Below are positions 9,718 to 21,475 of a stretch of 64,000 nt of DNA, in pieces (position 1 is the first letter of the stretch; every line of letters starts with the position of its first letter). The DNA comes from Armatimonadota bacterium. Its GTDB lineage: Bacteria > Armatimonadota > SYMT01. Both the position numbers and the translations under genes were made by a program. Location of the stretch: positions 1,136,342 through 1,200,341 of the forward strand of contig JAWLHY010000002.1 in NCBI GenBank assembly GCA_041690135.1, read 5' to 3'. The notes beneath the pieces were generated by a model. The model was not told where the DNA came from and did not search any database. It saw only the letters and a program-made list of their open reading frames with translations.

Positions 9718-10998
9718 ATGAACGTCACAAGAACTACCCATATCCATCAACCGATCACTCGCCGGGGGTTGGGAATCCTGGTTCTGGGGATTGCCGCGCT
9801 GCCGATGGTGAGAGCGCGGGCCGATCTGACGGTGGAAAGGCCGGAGAAGGTCGGGATGTCCGCGGAGCGGCTGGGGCGGATCGAGCCGGTGGTCCGGCGG
9901 GCCATCGACGAACGGCAGGTGACGGGGGCGGTGGCGCTGGTCGCGCGGAAGGGGAAGGTGGTCCACTTCCAGCCCTATGGGGTCATGGACCTGGAGACCC
10001 GGGCGCCGATGCGCCGGGATACCGTGTTCCGGATGGCCTCTTCCACGAAGCCGGTCACTGCCGTGGCCGTGATGATCCTGGTAGAGGAGGGGAAGGTCCG
10101 TCTCTCCGACCCGGTTTCCCGGTTCCTGCCGGAGTTCAAGCGGATGCAGGTCGCGGAGGCGGGCCCGAACGAAGGGGAGTTCCGGAACGTTCCGGCGAAG
10201 CGAGAGATGACGGTCCTGGACCTGTTGACCCATACCTCCGGGCTGGCCGGCAACCGCCCCGGTCCTTCCGAGGCGCAGAAGATCATCGCGGCGAAGCGGC
10301 CGGAGGAGACGCTGGCCCAGTTCATCCCCCGCTTCGCTGGAGCTCCGCTCGATTTCCAGCCGGGCTCGCTCTGGCGCTACAGTGGTCTGATCGGGTTCGA
10401 CGTGCTGGCGCGGATCGTGGAAGTGGCGTCGGGCTCGACCTTAAATCGATTCCTGGAGGAGCGGATCTTCGTGCCGCTCGGGATGCGCAACACCTTTTTC
10501 GTGGTGCCGGAAGCGCGCCGGAACCAACAGGCGACCCTCTACCGCAAACACTCGAAGGGTTTGGAGAGGATCGACCCGCCGGCGGTGCTGGCCGGGTCCG
10601 TCTACTTCTCCGGAGCAGGAGGTCTGCTCTCTACCGCCGAGGATTTCTTCTGCTTCGCCCAGATGCTGGCGAACGGGGGAGAGCTGAATGGGAAGCGCAT
10701 CCTTTCGCCGCGGACGGTGGACCTGCTGACGAGCAATCACGTGGGGGAGATGTTCGTGGGGCAACTCGGCCGGCCCGCGGGCATGGGTTTCGGCCTGGGT
10801 GGGGAGGTGGTTTTGGACCCAATCCGGGCCGGCACGCGGCGCTCCGCGGGCAGCTATGGGTGGGACGGCGCCTACGGGACCCATTTCTGGGTGGACCGGA
10901 AAGAGGGCCTCGTCGGGGTGCTGATGATCCAGACCGGCGGCAACAAGCAACTGCACCGCGACTTTGAGAACGCGGTGATGCAGGCGGTTATCGAGTAG
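9718..10998 (+). CDS. Serine hydrolase, beta-lactamase class C-like family
   Basis: SxxK (ASSTK), LLTHTSGL, WRYS, WDGAYGT motifs; signal peptide. Confidence 0.9.
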   Translation: MNVTRTTHIHQPITRRGLGILVLGIAALPMVRARADLTVERPEKVGMSAERLGRIEPVVRRAIDERQVTGAVALVARKGKVVHFQPYGVMDLETRAPMRRDTVFRMASSTKPVTAVAVMILVEEGKVRLSDPVSRFLPEFKRMQVAEAGPNEGEFRNVPAKREMTVLDLLTHTSGLAGNRPGPSEAQKIIAAKRPEETLAQFIPRFAGAPLDFQPGSLWRYSGLIGFDVLARIVEVASGSTLNRFLEERIFVPLGMRNTFFVVPEARRNQQATLYRKHSKGLERIDPPAVLAGSVYFSGAGGLLSTAEDFFCFAQMLANGGELNGKRILSPRTVDLLTSNHVGEMFVGQLGRPAGMGFGLGGEVVLDPIRAGTRRSAGSYGWDGAYGTHFWVDRKEGLVGVLMIQTGGNKQLHRDFENAVMQAVIE

Positions 10999-11009
10999 GG
11001 GCTTTCAGG

Positions 11010-12434
11010 TCATGCGAGGAGACCCTGGACTACCTCGCCGTGGACGTCCGTGAGGCGGTAGTCGCGCCCGGCGTGCCGGTAGGTGAGCCGGGTGTGGTCG
11101 AAGCCGAGCAGGTGGAGCAGGGTGGCGTGGAAGTCGTACATCCGCACCGGATTCTCCACCACCTTCTGCCCGTAATCGTCCGTGCGGCCCCAGACCATGC
11201 CGCCCCGGATCCCGCCGCCGGCTAGCCACGAGGAATAGCACGCGCTGTGGTGCCCGCGACCCGTGGGCCCATCGTTGTCCGGCGTGCGCCCGAATTCCGT
11301 GGTCCAGACGATCAGCGTCTCATCCAGCATCCCGCGTTGCTTCAGGTCGCGGATCAGCCCGGCGATGGGGCGGTCGACGTTCCGGGCAAGGGGTTCATGC
11401 GCCTTCATGTCGCCGTGGGAGTCCCAGTTGTTGGAAGAGCCGGTGTCGATCAGCTCGATGAACCGGACGCCCCGCTCCGCCAGCCGACGGGCCACCAGGC
11501 ACTGCCAGGCGAAGCTCTTCGTGTTGCCGCGCTGCAGCCCGTAAAGGGCGTGGGTCGCTTCGCTCTCCCGGGACAGGTCTAGCGCTTCCGGCATCTCGCT
11601 CTGCATCCCGAATGCCGTTTCGAACGCTCGGATGCGTCCCGCCAGGTAGGGGTCCTGGGGCATGCGCTGCTGGTGCCTGCGGTTGAAGCGGTCCAGCAGG
11701 CTCAGCTCGAGCTGCTGGAGTTCCGGGGTTTCCGTGCGACGCTTGAGGTTGGGGATCGGCTCCTCGCCCGGCACGACCCGCGTGCCCTGGTGACTGGCAG
11801 GGAGGAAGTCCGAGCTCCAGACCTGGGTGCCCGTGTACGGCAGGTTGGGCGCAATTACCATGAACGACGGCAGGTTCCGGTTCAGCGTCCCCAGGCCGTA
11901 GCTCACCCATGAACCGAAACTGGGCCGGACGACGCTGACGGAGCCGGTGTGGATGCCGAGGGTGCACTGGGCGTGGTCGATATGCTCGGAGGTCATCGAG
12001 CGGATGACGCAGATCTCGTCCATCACCTCGCGCAGGTGGGGGAAGAGGTCACTCACCTCCGTCCCGCACTTGCCGCCCGGCCGGAACTCCCAGAAGGGGC
12101 GCAGGAGCGTGCCCTTCCCGCTTCCCGGTATCCCGGTGGTCGGGATCTTCTTACCGTGGTCCGCCATCAGTCTCGGCTTCGGGTCGAACGTGTCCACGTG
12201 GGACACCCCACCCGTCATGAAGAGGAAGATCACCCGCTTCGCCTTCGGGGCGAAGTGCGGCGCGCGCGGCGCCAGGGGGTCCGCGCTCCCGGCAGCGGCC
12301 GCGGCCTCGGAGCCCAGGAGGTCCGCCAGGATGCCCGGCAGGAGCAGCGACCCGGCGACGGCCGAGCGGAGCAACTGGCGGCGGGAGGGATTGTGGTTCA
12401 TTTCGTTCATCGCGGGCTCATCCCCGGCACTCAT
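11010..12434 (-). CDS. DUF1501 family Tat-exported protein (planctomycete sulfatase-like)
   Basis: SRRQLL, AKRVIFLFMTGGVSHVDTFDPKP, WDSH, TEFGRTP; start may be 12410. Confidence 0.9.
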   Translation of the reverse strand: MSAGDEPAMNEMNHNPSRRQLLRSAVAGSLLLPGILADLLGSEAAAAAGSADPLAPRAPHFAPKAKRVIFLFMTGGVSHVDTFDPKPRLMADHGKKIPTTGIPGSGKGTLLRPFWEFRPGGKCGTEVSDLFPHLREVMDEICVIRSMTSEHIDHAQCTLGIHTGSVSVVRPSFGSWVSYGLGTLNRNLPSFMVIAPNLPYTGTQVWSSDFLPASHQGTRVVPGEEPIPNLKRRTETPELQQLELSLLDRFNRRHQQRMPQDPYLAGRIRAFETAFGMQSEMPEALDLSRESEATHALYGLQRGNTKSFAWQCLVARRLAERGVRFIELIDTGSSNNWDSHGDMKAHEPLARNVDRPIAGLIRDLKQRGMLDETLIVWTTEFGRTPDNDGPTGRGHHSACYSSWLAGGGIRGGMVWGRTDDYGQKVVENPVRMYDFHATLLHLLGFDHTRLTYRHAGRDYRLTDVHGEVVQGLLA

Positions 12435-12447
12435 TCAAGGAAAAACT

Positions 12448-12504
12448 GCTACGGCTGGCGAGTGAACTCACGCCTACAGAAGGCGAAGCCTGCCTCCGCA
12501 GGCT
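12448..12504 (+). repeat. Dispersed REP-like element, copy 1
   Basis: gctacggctggcgagtgaactcacgcctacagaaggcgaagcctgcctccgcaggct matches the reverse complement of 39277-39330. Confidence 0.65.
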
Positions 12505-12538
12505 AACCCGAACGGATCTGGAGTATGCTGACAGATCC

Positions 12539-15064
12539 TCATTCAAGAAACAGGAACTCGCTGCTGGTCAGGAGCACGCGCAGGTAACTGGCCCAGGCCT
12601 TTCGCTCCTGCTGGTCCGCCGTCAGGTTCATCGTTTGCAGTGCCCGGCGGCCGGCCGCAAGGTGCTCCTGGCCGAGGGCTATCTCTTCCGCCTCCGGGGA
12701 ACGTCCAAATGCCAGGCGGTAGGCGATCCGGATGCGGGCGTCCGTTTCCGGCGCGGCGGCCAGCACTCGCTCCGCGAACCGCTGGCCCTGCTCGTGCACG
12801 AACGGGTCGTTCAGCATGTAGAGGGCCTGGATGGAGGTGTTGCTGATGGGCCGTTCGGCCGTCGGTGCGTTGGGATCGGCGCCGTCGAACAATTCCAGGT
12901 ACGGTTGCTTGCGGATGCGCTGCTGCATCAGGTAGATACTGCGGCGGTTGGTCGGGTAGTCCGCGTAGAACGGACGGTGCTGGGTGTACTTGAATGGCTG
13001 CGGCGGGAAGGGGTGCTCGCCGCCCATCGTCCGGTCGAGCGCGCCGCTTACCGCCAGCATTCCATCCCGGATCGCCTCGGCGGGGAGCCGCCGCCGGTTG
13101 TAGCGCCAGAGCCACTCGTTGTTCGGATCACGCGCGGCGTTCTGCGGAACGTCGACGGACGCAAGCCGGTACGTGCGGGAGAGGAGTATCTCCCGGTGCA
13201 TCGCCTTGATCGACCACCCGCTCCGCACGAACTTTACGGCCAGATAGTCGAGCAACTCGGGGTGGGTGGGGGCTTTCCCGCGGGTGCCGAAGTCGTTCGG
13301 GGTCTGGACGATCCCGCGGCCGAAGTGTCCCTGCCAGATCCGGTTCACCATCACACGGGCGGTGAGTGGGTTGGCCGGATCGGTGATCCAGCGGGCCAGC
13401 TCCAGGCGCCCGCTGCCGGTCGCGCCCGGCGGCAGGGTCTGTCCGCCCAGGACCTTCAGGAACCCGCGGGGGACCTCGTCGCCCGGGTTCTTCGGATCCC
13501 CCTTGCGCTGCAGGCGGGCATTTCCCGGCTTCCCTTCCTGCACCGCGTAGGCCAGGTCGATCCGCACGGGCTGGGCTTCCAGCTCGCGGACGCGGTTCTT
13601 CGCGGCGGCCAGGCCGGCCCGTGCCGTCGCCAGGGCCTCGCTCTGTTTGGGGTCCTTCTCGAGCTGCTTGACCTTACGCTCCAGCTCACCCGTCTGCTTC
13701 CGCGCGGCGGCGAACGAGCGTTCCCACTCCTCCCACGCTTTCACCTGGGTAGGAGGGGCCAGCGGGACGAAATCCTTCCGCTCCGGCGGGATTTCGGTAC
13801 CGGGGAAGGCGAACTTCGTGCTCGCGAAGATGCCGTAGAGCGCGTAGTACTCCTTCTGCGAGATCGGGTCGAACTTGTGGTCGTGGCACCGGGCGCAGCC
13901 CAGGGAAAGGCCCAGCATCGACTTGCCGGCGTTGTCCAGGATGTCCTCGATGGTGAGGTGGAACTCGTCGGCCAGCGAGCCGAAGCGGCGCGCCGTGGCC
14001 AGGTAGCCGGTCGCTATGATCTGCTCGTACCGCTCCCCGTCACTGGCGGCGGGCAGGAGATCCCCGGCAAGCTGCTCCTGCAGGAACCGGTCGTACGGCT
14101 TGTCCTGGTTGAAGCTGCGGATGACCCAGTTGCGGTACCGGTACGCCTCCGGAACCGGGAAGTCGGAGTTGCAACCGGAGGTGTCCGCGTACCGGGCGAG
14201 ATCGAGCCAGTGCCGGCCCCACGCTTCGCCGTAGTGCGGAGAGGCCAGGAGGCGATCGACGACCTTTTCCCAGGCCTGCGGCGAGCGGTCCACGAGGAAG
14301 GCATCTACCTCTTCCGGCGTGGGGGGCAGACCGGTCAGGTCGAAGGTCACCCGCCGGATCAGCGTCCGCCGGTCCGCCTCCGGCCCCGGTTTCAGGCCCT
14401 GCTTCTCCAGCCCCGCCAGCACAAACGCATCGATCGGCGTCTTCGCCCAATTGCGGTCCTTGACCTGGGGAACCGCGGGCATCTGGAGAGGGCGGAAGGA
14501 CCAGTGGGTACGGACCGAATTGACAATTGACAATTGAGAATTGTCAATTGTCAATTGTCCCTTCTCCCTTTCCCCTGGCCCCTTACCCCCACCTTCAGGC
14601 CACGGAGCGCCCATCTTCACCCAGGCTTCCAGGTCCCGGATCTGCGCATCGGGGAGCTTGCCGCCGGGAGGCATCTTCGCGGTGCCTTCCTGGTGGCGGA
14701 CGGCGTGCAGCAAGAGGCTTTTACCGGGGTCGCCGGGGAGGAGCGCCGGGCCGGAGTTGCCACCCTTGAGGAGAGCCGCGCGCGTGTCGAGGCGCAACCC
14801 GCCGGCTTCCTTGCCGGACCGCTCGCTGTGGCAGGCGAAGCACTTCGTTGCCAGGAGCGGCCGGACCCGCTTCTCGAAGAACTCGATGCCTTCGGGTGAA
14901 AGGGCCGGTCCGGGCGGTTCGGCGGCCTTGCCGACCAATGCGCCGGCGGGTGCCGCGAGCAGGGCCGCCAGCACCGTCGCAGCCGAGAGGTGGGGCCGGT
15001 AGGCCTTTGTTCCGCTCCCGGTAAATGCCGGGGTCTTGTCCTTACGGGGGGTTACAGGAAACAT
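12539..15064 (-). CDS. Planctomycete cytochrome c / DUF1549 (PSCyt2) / DUF1553 (PSD1) protein
   Basis: CFACH and CARCHDHKFDP haem motifs, YGEAWGRHWLDLARYADT, NPLTARVMVNRIW, HPELLDYLA; paired with DUF1501. Confidence 0.92.
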   Translation of the reverse strand: MFPVTPRKDKTPAFTGSGTKAYRPHLSAATVLAALLAAPAGALVGKAAEPPGPALSPEGIEFFEKRVRPLLATKCFACHSERSGKEAGGLRLDTRAALLKGGNSGPALLPGDPGKSLLLHAVRHQEGTAKMPPGGKLPDAQIRDLEAWVKMGAPWPEGGGKGPGEREKGQLTIDNSQLSIVNSVRTHWSFRPLQMPAVPQVKDRNWAKTPIDAFVLAGLEKQGLKPGPEADRRTLIRRVTFDLTGLPPTPEEVDAFLVDRSPQAWEKVVDRLLASPHYGEAWGRHWLDLARYADTSGCNSDFPVPEAYRYRNWVIRSFNQDKPYDRFLQEQLAGDLLPAASDGERYEQIIATGYLATARRFGSLADEFHLTIEDILDNAGKSMLGLSLGCARCHDHKFDPISQKEYYALYGIFASTKFAFPGTEIPPERKDFVPLAPPTQVKAWEEWERSFAAARKQTGELERKVKQLEKDPKQSEALATARAGLAAAKNRVRELEAQPVRIDLAYAVQEGKPGNARLQRKGDPKNPGDEVPRGFLKVLGGQTLPPGATGSGRLELARWITDPANPLTARVMVNRIWQGHFGRGIVQTPNDFGTRGKAPTHPELLDYLAVKFVRSGWSIKAMHREILLSRTYRLASVDVPQNAARDPNNEWLWRYNRRRLPAEAIRDGMLAVSGALDRTMGGEHPFPPQPFKYTQHRPFYADYPTNRRSIYLMQQRIRKQPYLELFDGADPNAPTAERPISNTSIQALYMLNDPFVHEQGQRFAERVLAAAPETDARIRIAYRLAFGRSPEAEEIALGQEHLAAGRRALQTMNLTADQQERKAWASYLRVLLTSSEFLFLE
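14518..14559. repeat. Six tandem AATTG(A/T)(C/G) heptamers forming a hairpin, in frame inside the CDS
   Basis: aattgac x2, aattgag, aattgtc x3; encodes QLTIDNSQLSIVN. Confidence 0.85.
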
Positions 15065-15711
15065 CGTTTTCCCGACTCCAGATGGGCTACCACCGCTTCC
15101 GCAGCCCGACCCGCGTCTCCCGCAATGACAGCCTGGGCGATCTCCAGGTGTTCCGGGTAGCTGTGGGCAATCCGTTCTGGCACCTGCCTGGCGATCCGCA
15201 GGATGATCCGGTGGATCTTGTCGCGGAGTTGGAGCAGGGTGCGGGTGATCTCATCATTCCCCAGAAACTCGCAGAACAGCAGGTGGAACTCGCTATCCAG
15301 CTCGATCAGCCTCGGGATGTCGCCCGCGGCCACGCTCTCCTGCTGCGCCGCCAGATTGGCGTGCAGGCGCTCCACGTTCTCCCCGGAGAGCTTCCCGGCC
15401 AGGCGACCCAGCACGTACGGCTCCAGCGCGGCCCGCAGATCGTAGTGGTCCCCGATTTCCTGTGCGGTCAGCTCCCGCACCACGATCCCCTGGTTGGGGG
15501 AGATGGTGATGAACCCTTCCGCCTCCAGCCGCTCGATGGCGGACCGGACAGGCGTGTTGCTCATGCCCAGGTGCTTCGCCAGCTTCCGCTCCGAAAGAAA
15601 CGGCTCCAGCGGCCGCGGGCTGATGATGAGCAACTGCTTCAACTCGTGGTAGGCGCGCTCCCGCAGCAGGGAGCGGCCGGTATCCGGGGAGAGGGCCAGG
15701 GTTTCGCTCAT
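15052..15711 (-). CDS. GntR/FadR family transcriptional regulator
   Basis: LSERKLAKHLGMSNTPVRSAIERLEAEG HTH; FCD motif DSEFH...GN, EHLEI. Confidence 0.92.
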   Translation of the reverse strand: MSETLALSPDTGRSLLRERAYHELKQLLIISPRPLEPFLSERKLAKHLGMSNTPVRSAIERLEAEGFITISPNQGIVVRELTAQEIGDHYDLRAALEPYVLGRLAGKLSGENVERLHANLAAQQESVAAGDIPRLIELDSEFHLLFCEFLGNDEITRTLLQLRDKIHRIILRIARQVPERIAHSYPEHLEIAQAVIAGDAGRAAEAVVAHLESGKRCFL

Positions 15712-16204
15712 GGGGTTTGGGTTACGTGTGTTCAGCCGGCTCTTGCAGCGGATGCGAGCTTGTCCTGCTAGTGCTATCTTAACCGATATCTCACGTGAGA
15801 TCCGGATGAAGATAAGGACTTGGATGAGGATAAGGATAGGGAGCCCCGGATCAATACGGCTTCCCTGGCCAGGAGACGGGATCGATGAGGATTAGGACGA
15901 TGACTAGGATGAGGATCCCGCGCAGGACAGGTGAAGTGACCAGGGGTGAGTGGATAAGGATAAAGGAGCTCGGGTAAGGACGGGTACCCTGATCAGGGAG
16001 CGGAGTGACGACCGGGGGCATGGTCGGTGGGTAGGCAGAACGGGTGCAAGAGGTGCGCGTCTGTTACGGCTGCCCTGACCATGGGGCTTGCCGCGTCGCT
16101 GATGAGTTCAGATACACGAGGTCGGGTGCTTCGTCAAAAGGCTCATCGAGGCTGAGAAGTTGCTTCCGATCCACCGCTCCTCGCAATGACCATCTTTGAC
16201 TTTG

Positions 16205-16356
16205 CCCGAACACCTGACCACCCGAACACCTGACCACCCAAACACCTGACCACCCGACCACCCAAACACCTGACCACCCGAACACCTGACCACCCGAACA
16301 CCTGACCACCCGAACACCTGACCACCCGAACACCTGAACACCTGAACACCCGAACA
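16205..16356. repeat. Tandem octamer array CC(C/T)(G/A)A(A/C)CA, 19 units
   Basis: Mostly alternating cccgaaca/cctgacca units counted directly; no unique spacers. Confidence 0.92.
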
Positions 16357-16533
16357 TTTACGCCCCACAGGGGTGCCTGAACACCCCGTTCCCTCATTCG
16401 CTTCATTCGCCCTATTCGCGGATCGCCCGCCCGAATGCCTGAAAGCCCGCATGCCTGACCCGAACTGGTCGCGTTGGGAACCGGGGCGATACAACCATCC
16501 CGAACTGTTGGCGCGTAGATTTGGACCGATCTT

Positions 16534-18252
<1,719 letters not shown>

Positions 18253-18372
18253 GTCCAGGCTCTCACCACAAACAAAGCGACGGCCGAGGTGGTTTTTGTG
18301 GGGTTCCATGAAGGGTACTGGGGGGACATACTCCAAATAGTTACCAGAGTTGAGGAGCCCTCCTGGGGCTAC

Positions 18373-18420
18373 CTACCGGGCGAGTGACCGGCTTCCCGTT
18401 GTCGGTCACTCGCCCGGTAG
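18373..18420. terminator. 18-bp stem hairpin downstream of ilvD, probable terminator
   Basis: ctaccgggcgagtgaccg ... cggtcactcgcccggtag. Confidence 0.55.
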
Positions 18421-18733
18421 TATTCTCGTCCGGTGCGAAACGCCCCCAGCGCGGGGAGCTTCGCCATCCCAATCAGAAAAGCCGGCTCCGCCGGGGACGG
18501 TGTTCGGGACGCGGGATCCCGGCTTCGGCCCGGCGCAAAGGGGCCAAAAACGTGTTGCGCATTAGGGTTTAAGTACGCCCAGGTGGTGCCCTGAATATTT
18601 GGGAACGGCTGGGAATTCAATCCGGCAGCAGGGCAAACGGCCTCATCCGTGCGGATAGGCCGGCGGACCACTTTGGAACCGCAGCCAGCGTCGACCGCGG
18701 CCGTCGTCAGTACAGACGGCTGGAGATACCTTC

Positions 18734-19447
18734 ATGCGTCCGAACACCCGCCGAGCCTTTACGTTGATCGAGCTTCTTGTGGTGATAGCGATCATCGCCA
18801 TCCTGGCCGCTATCCTCTTCCCCGTTTTCGCTCAGGCCCGAGATGCCGCGCGAAAGACCTCGTGCCTTAGCAATCAGAAGCAGGTCGGCACCGGAATTCT
18901 CATGTACCTGCAGGACTATGAAGAGGTGTACCCCACGATCGACGTGGGTGCGTACCTCGTGCTCATCCAACCCTACGTGAAGAACCTGGATGTCTGGCGG
19001 TGTCCGTCCGGCTCCGGCAATTACACGGTCGGTAACCGGGCTATCACCGGCGCATCGGGCTCGTGGGGCGTGGTGCGTACCGGGATGGTGGCCAACGCGG
19101 ATGTGTTCGGCGGGTGGGGCGGTACCCCGGGGCGCTCTTCCGTGGTGGTGGACTCCCCCGCCACGACGGTGCTGCTGGTGGACGCAGATTACAACCCTTC
19201 CACCCTGAACGGCCAGATTGCGGTCACCTCATCGAACACGGGCATGGTCCGGGGATGGTACACCCGCTGGACTGGCGCCAGTCCGCTGTCGGGCAATTCC
19301 CGGTTGGGCGCGAAGCACGCGCACGGCGGTAACTTCCTCTTCGCCGACGGGCATTCCAAGTGGCAGAAGCAACCCCCGAGCGATTGCGCCAACTGGTTGC
19401 CGGGCAGCACCCGCGGCAGCCTGTTCTCGAATACCACCTGTTACTGA
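18734..19447 (+). CDS. Prepilin-type N-terminal cleavage/methylation domain protein (DUF1559, H-X9-DG motif)
   Basis: [51 protein letters not shown]. Confidence 0.93.
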   Translation: MRPNTRRAFTLIELLVVIAIIAILAAILFPVFAQARDAARKTSCLSNQKQVGTGILMYLQDYEEVYPTIDVGAYLVLIQPYVKNLDVWRCPSGSGNYTVGNRAITGASGSWGVVRTGMVANADVFGGWGGTPGRSSVVVDSPATTVLLVDADYNPSTLNGQIAVTSSNTGMVRGWYTRWTGASPLSGNSRLGAKHAHGGNFLFADGHSKWQKQPPSDCANWLPGSTRGSLFSNTTCY

Positions 19448-19572
19448 TTTGCCGCTCCTACCAACCTGGATAGGAGCCGGTACTCCACCTACAGGCCGAG
19501 CGCTGTCTCGGCCTGTCTCTCCCCTTGGGGTCCCCCAGCAAGCCCGCGCTCCTACCTTCTCCCGCCGATCGC

Positions 19573-20280
19573 TTATGGGGCGGTAACCAGGACTTTGCTC
19601 TGAACGGAGGCGTGGCGGAGGTGGGGGAGCTGGGCCACGACGTGCGGGCCGTCGCTGACGCGGGGGCAGGTGGTAACCACGAGGTGCTCCAGGTTGGGAG
19701 CGATCCGCGGCAGTTCTCCGAGTGTGGTGAGATTTCGGCAGCGATGGATACCCACCCGCTTGAGGCGTGGCAGTTCCGGAAGGCCGGCCAGGGTCGCGGG
19801 TTTCGCCCAGAAGATCTCCAGATCTTCAAGACCGGTGGGGATCTCCAGTCCCTCGTAGGTCCCGTGTTTCGGTTGGTAGCGCCAGACGTGGAGCAGGCGG
19901 AGATTCTCTAAACGGCCCATCCCCTTATCCCGGGGGTTGAATTCCCACACCACCTCTTCCAGCGTCGCGAGGCGGCTGAAATCGACCGGAGGCCGCTTGG
20001 GGTGCACGCCAAAGTGCCGAAGGTCTTCAAGCGCGTAGACGCCGTCGATGTTCTTGAGATCGATGTCCCAGAACCAGATGCTACCCAGGTGCGGAAGCTC
20101 CCGCAGGAAGTCCAGGTTGTCCTCCCGGAAGTTGAAATAGGGGTTGCCGAAGACGCCGTAGACCGCTTGCCGTTTCGCCTCGGCGACGCAGTCCGCCAGC
20201 CGGCCGGTTTCGATGCCCAGCAGGCGGCGACCTTCCAGGTCGTTGCCGACGAAATACTCACCTTCGCGATGGATGTTCAT
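19573..20280 (-). CDS. Leucine-rich repeat protein
   Basis: Repeated LxxLxxL units (LRELPHLGSI, LENLRLLHV, LPELPRLKRV, APNLEHLVV); start reassigned to ATG 20280. Confidence 0.7.
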   Translation of the reverse strand: MNIHREGEYFVGNDLEGRRLLGIETGRLADCVAEAKRQAVYGVFGNPYFNFREDNLDFLRELPHLGSIWFWDIDLKNIDGVYALEDLRHFGVHPKRPPVDFSRLATLEEVVWEFNPRDKGMGRLENLRLLHVWRYQPKHGTYEGLEIPTGLEDLEIFWAKPATLAGLPELPRLKRVGIHRCRNLTTLGELPRIAPNLEHLVVTTCPRVSDGPHVVAQLPHLRHASVQSKVLVTAP

Positions 20281-20374
20281 GGCAGTCCTGTGTGGAGTTC
20301 GCTCGACCGGGGAAGTACTATCCGGGTGCCGGGTCCTTGGCGGTGCCCCATAGTGCCATTCTCGGTGCGGGCGA

Positions 20375-21389
20375 ATGGACGAGTTCAGCCTGATTCTCGC
20401 GGTTCTGGGGGGTCTCATCCTCGGTCTGGGGCTCTGGTCCCGCTGGCTACAGGAGCACCCGGTCCCGGCGACCCTGCTCGCCCTGTGGGCGGGGATGGTG
20501 ATCGGCCCTCGGGCACTGGGCCTGCTCGATCCGGCGGCGCTCATCGGGGCCATCATTACCGCGACCGACCCGATTGCGGCGAGCCCAATCGTTACCGGAC
20601 CGGTGGCGGAGAAAAACCTGCCGGAGCGACTCCGTCATGCCATCTCGTTCGAATCGGGCGCCAACGACGGCCTGAGTTACCTGTTCGTGTTCCTCCCGTT
20701 CCTGCTGCTCACCCGACCTCCGCATGAGGCGTTCTCGCACTGGCTGCTGGAAACGCTGCTGTGGGAGGTCGGCGTGGCCACCCTGTTCGGCGTGGGTCTC
20801 GGCGTTGCGGCAGGCAAGCTGCTCCAGGTTTCGGAGCGGCGCGAGTGGATCTCGCCTCACTGGCGCCTTGTTTATACCGTCGCCCTCTCACTGCTTGGCC
20901 GTGGGTGGGGGGAGACTGCTCCGGAGCGATGAGGTGCTGGTGGTCTTCGCCGCGGGTGCGTCCTTCGTGCAGGTGGTCTCCGGAGACGACCGCGCCAACG
21001 AAGAACAGGGCCAGGAAGCGGTCAATCGCTTCTTTGCCACTCCCATTTTTCTCCTGCTCGGCACGGCCATCCCCTGGGACGGCTGGTTCCGCCTGGGCTG
21101 GAAGGGCCTGCTCCTGGCTATCGCCGTTCTGCTTCTACGGCGCCCGCCTGTGCTGCTGCTGCTCCACCCTTTCCTGGCCATACTGCACCGCCCTGCCGAT
21201 GCGCTCTTCCTGGGCTGGTTCGGCCCGATCGCCGTCGCCGCGATCTACTACGCATCTCTGATGCACCACCGGCTCGGCAACGCGCTGGTGTGGGAGGTGG
21301 TGAGCCTGATCGTGTGCGCCTCGGTGCTGGTTCATGGCCTCACCGCTACGCCGATTACCCGCCTCTACGGCCGCAAAGCAGGCGGATAG
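20375..21389 (+). pseudogene. CPA1/NhaP-type cation:proton antiporter, frameshifted and apparently internally deleted
   Basis: TDP and ESGANDG in ORF 20375-20932; RRPP and GWFGPI in another frame (20724-21389); frames switch near 20897. Confidence 0.75.
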
Positions 21390-21433
21390 TTCTCCGGTTT
21401 CCGCTCCTTCGAGTAATATCCGGTCATTGCAAT

Positions 21434-21469
21434 CTACGATTGACGCTCGTAGGAATGCGTCCGTATACT
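21434..21469 (+). promoter_or_regulatory. Sigma-70 promoter TTGACG-N18-TATACT overlapped by palindrome CTACGA-N7-TCGTAG; probable leaderless transcript
   Basis: -35 at 21440-21445, -10 at 21464-21469, ATG at 21476 with no clear Shine-Dalgarno. Confidence 0.6.
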
Positions 21470-21475
21470 CTGGAT

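Noticed and set aside
9718-10998. Beta-lactam resistance gene controlled by the BlaI/M56 pair
   Set aside because: General serine hydrolase over 10 kb away; the BlaI pair is physically linked to metal efflux genes
12635-14530. 631-aa plus-strand ORF
   Set aside because: Antisense shadow of the DUF1549/DUF1553 gene; no motifs
16205-16356. Possible CRISPR array
   Set aside because: Contiguous 8-bp units without unique spacers; no cas genes in the window
18734-19447. Type IV pilus or type II secretion locus
   Set aside because: Single DUF1559-type prepilin-like gene with no assembly genes nearby
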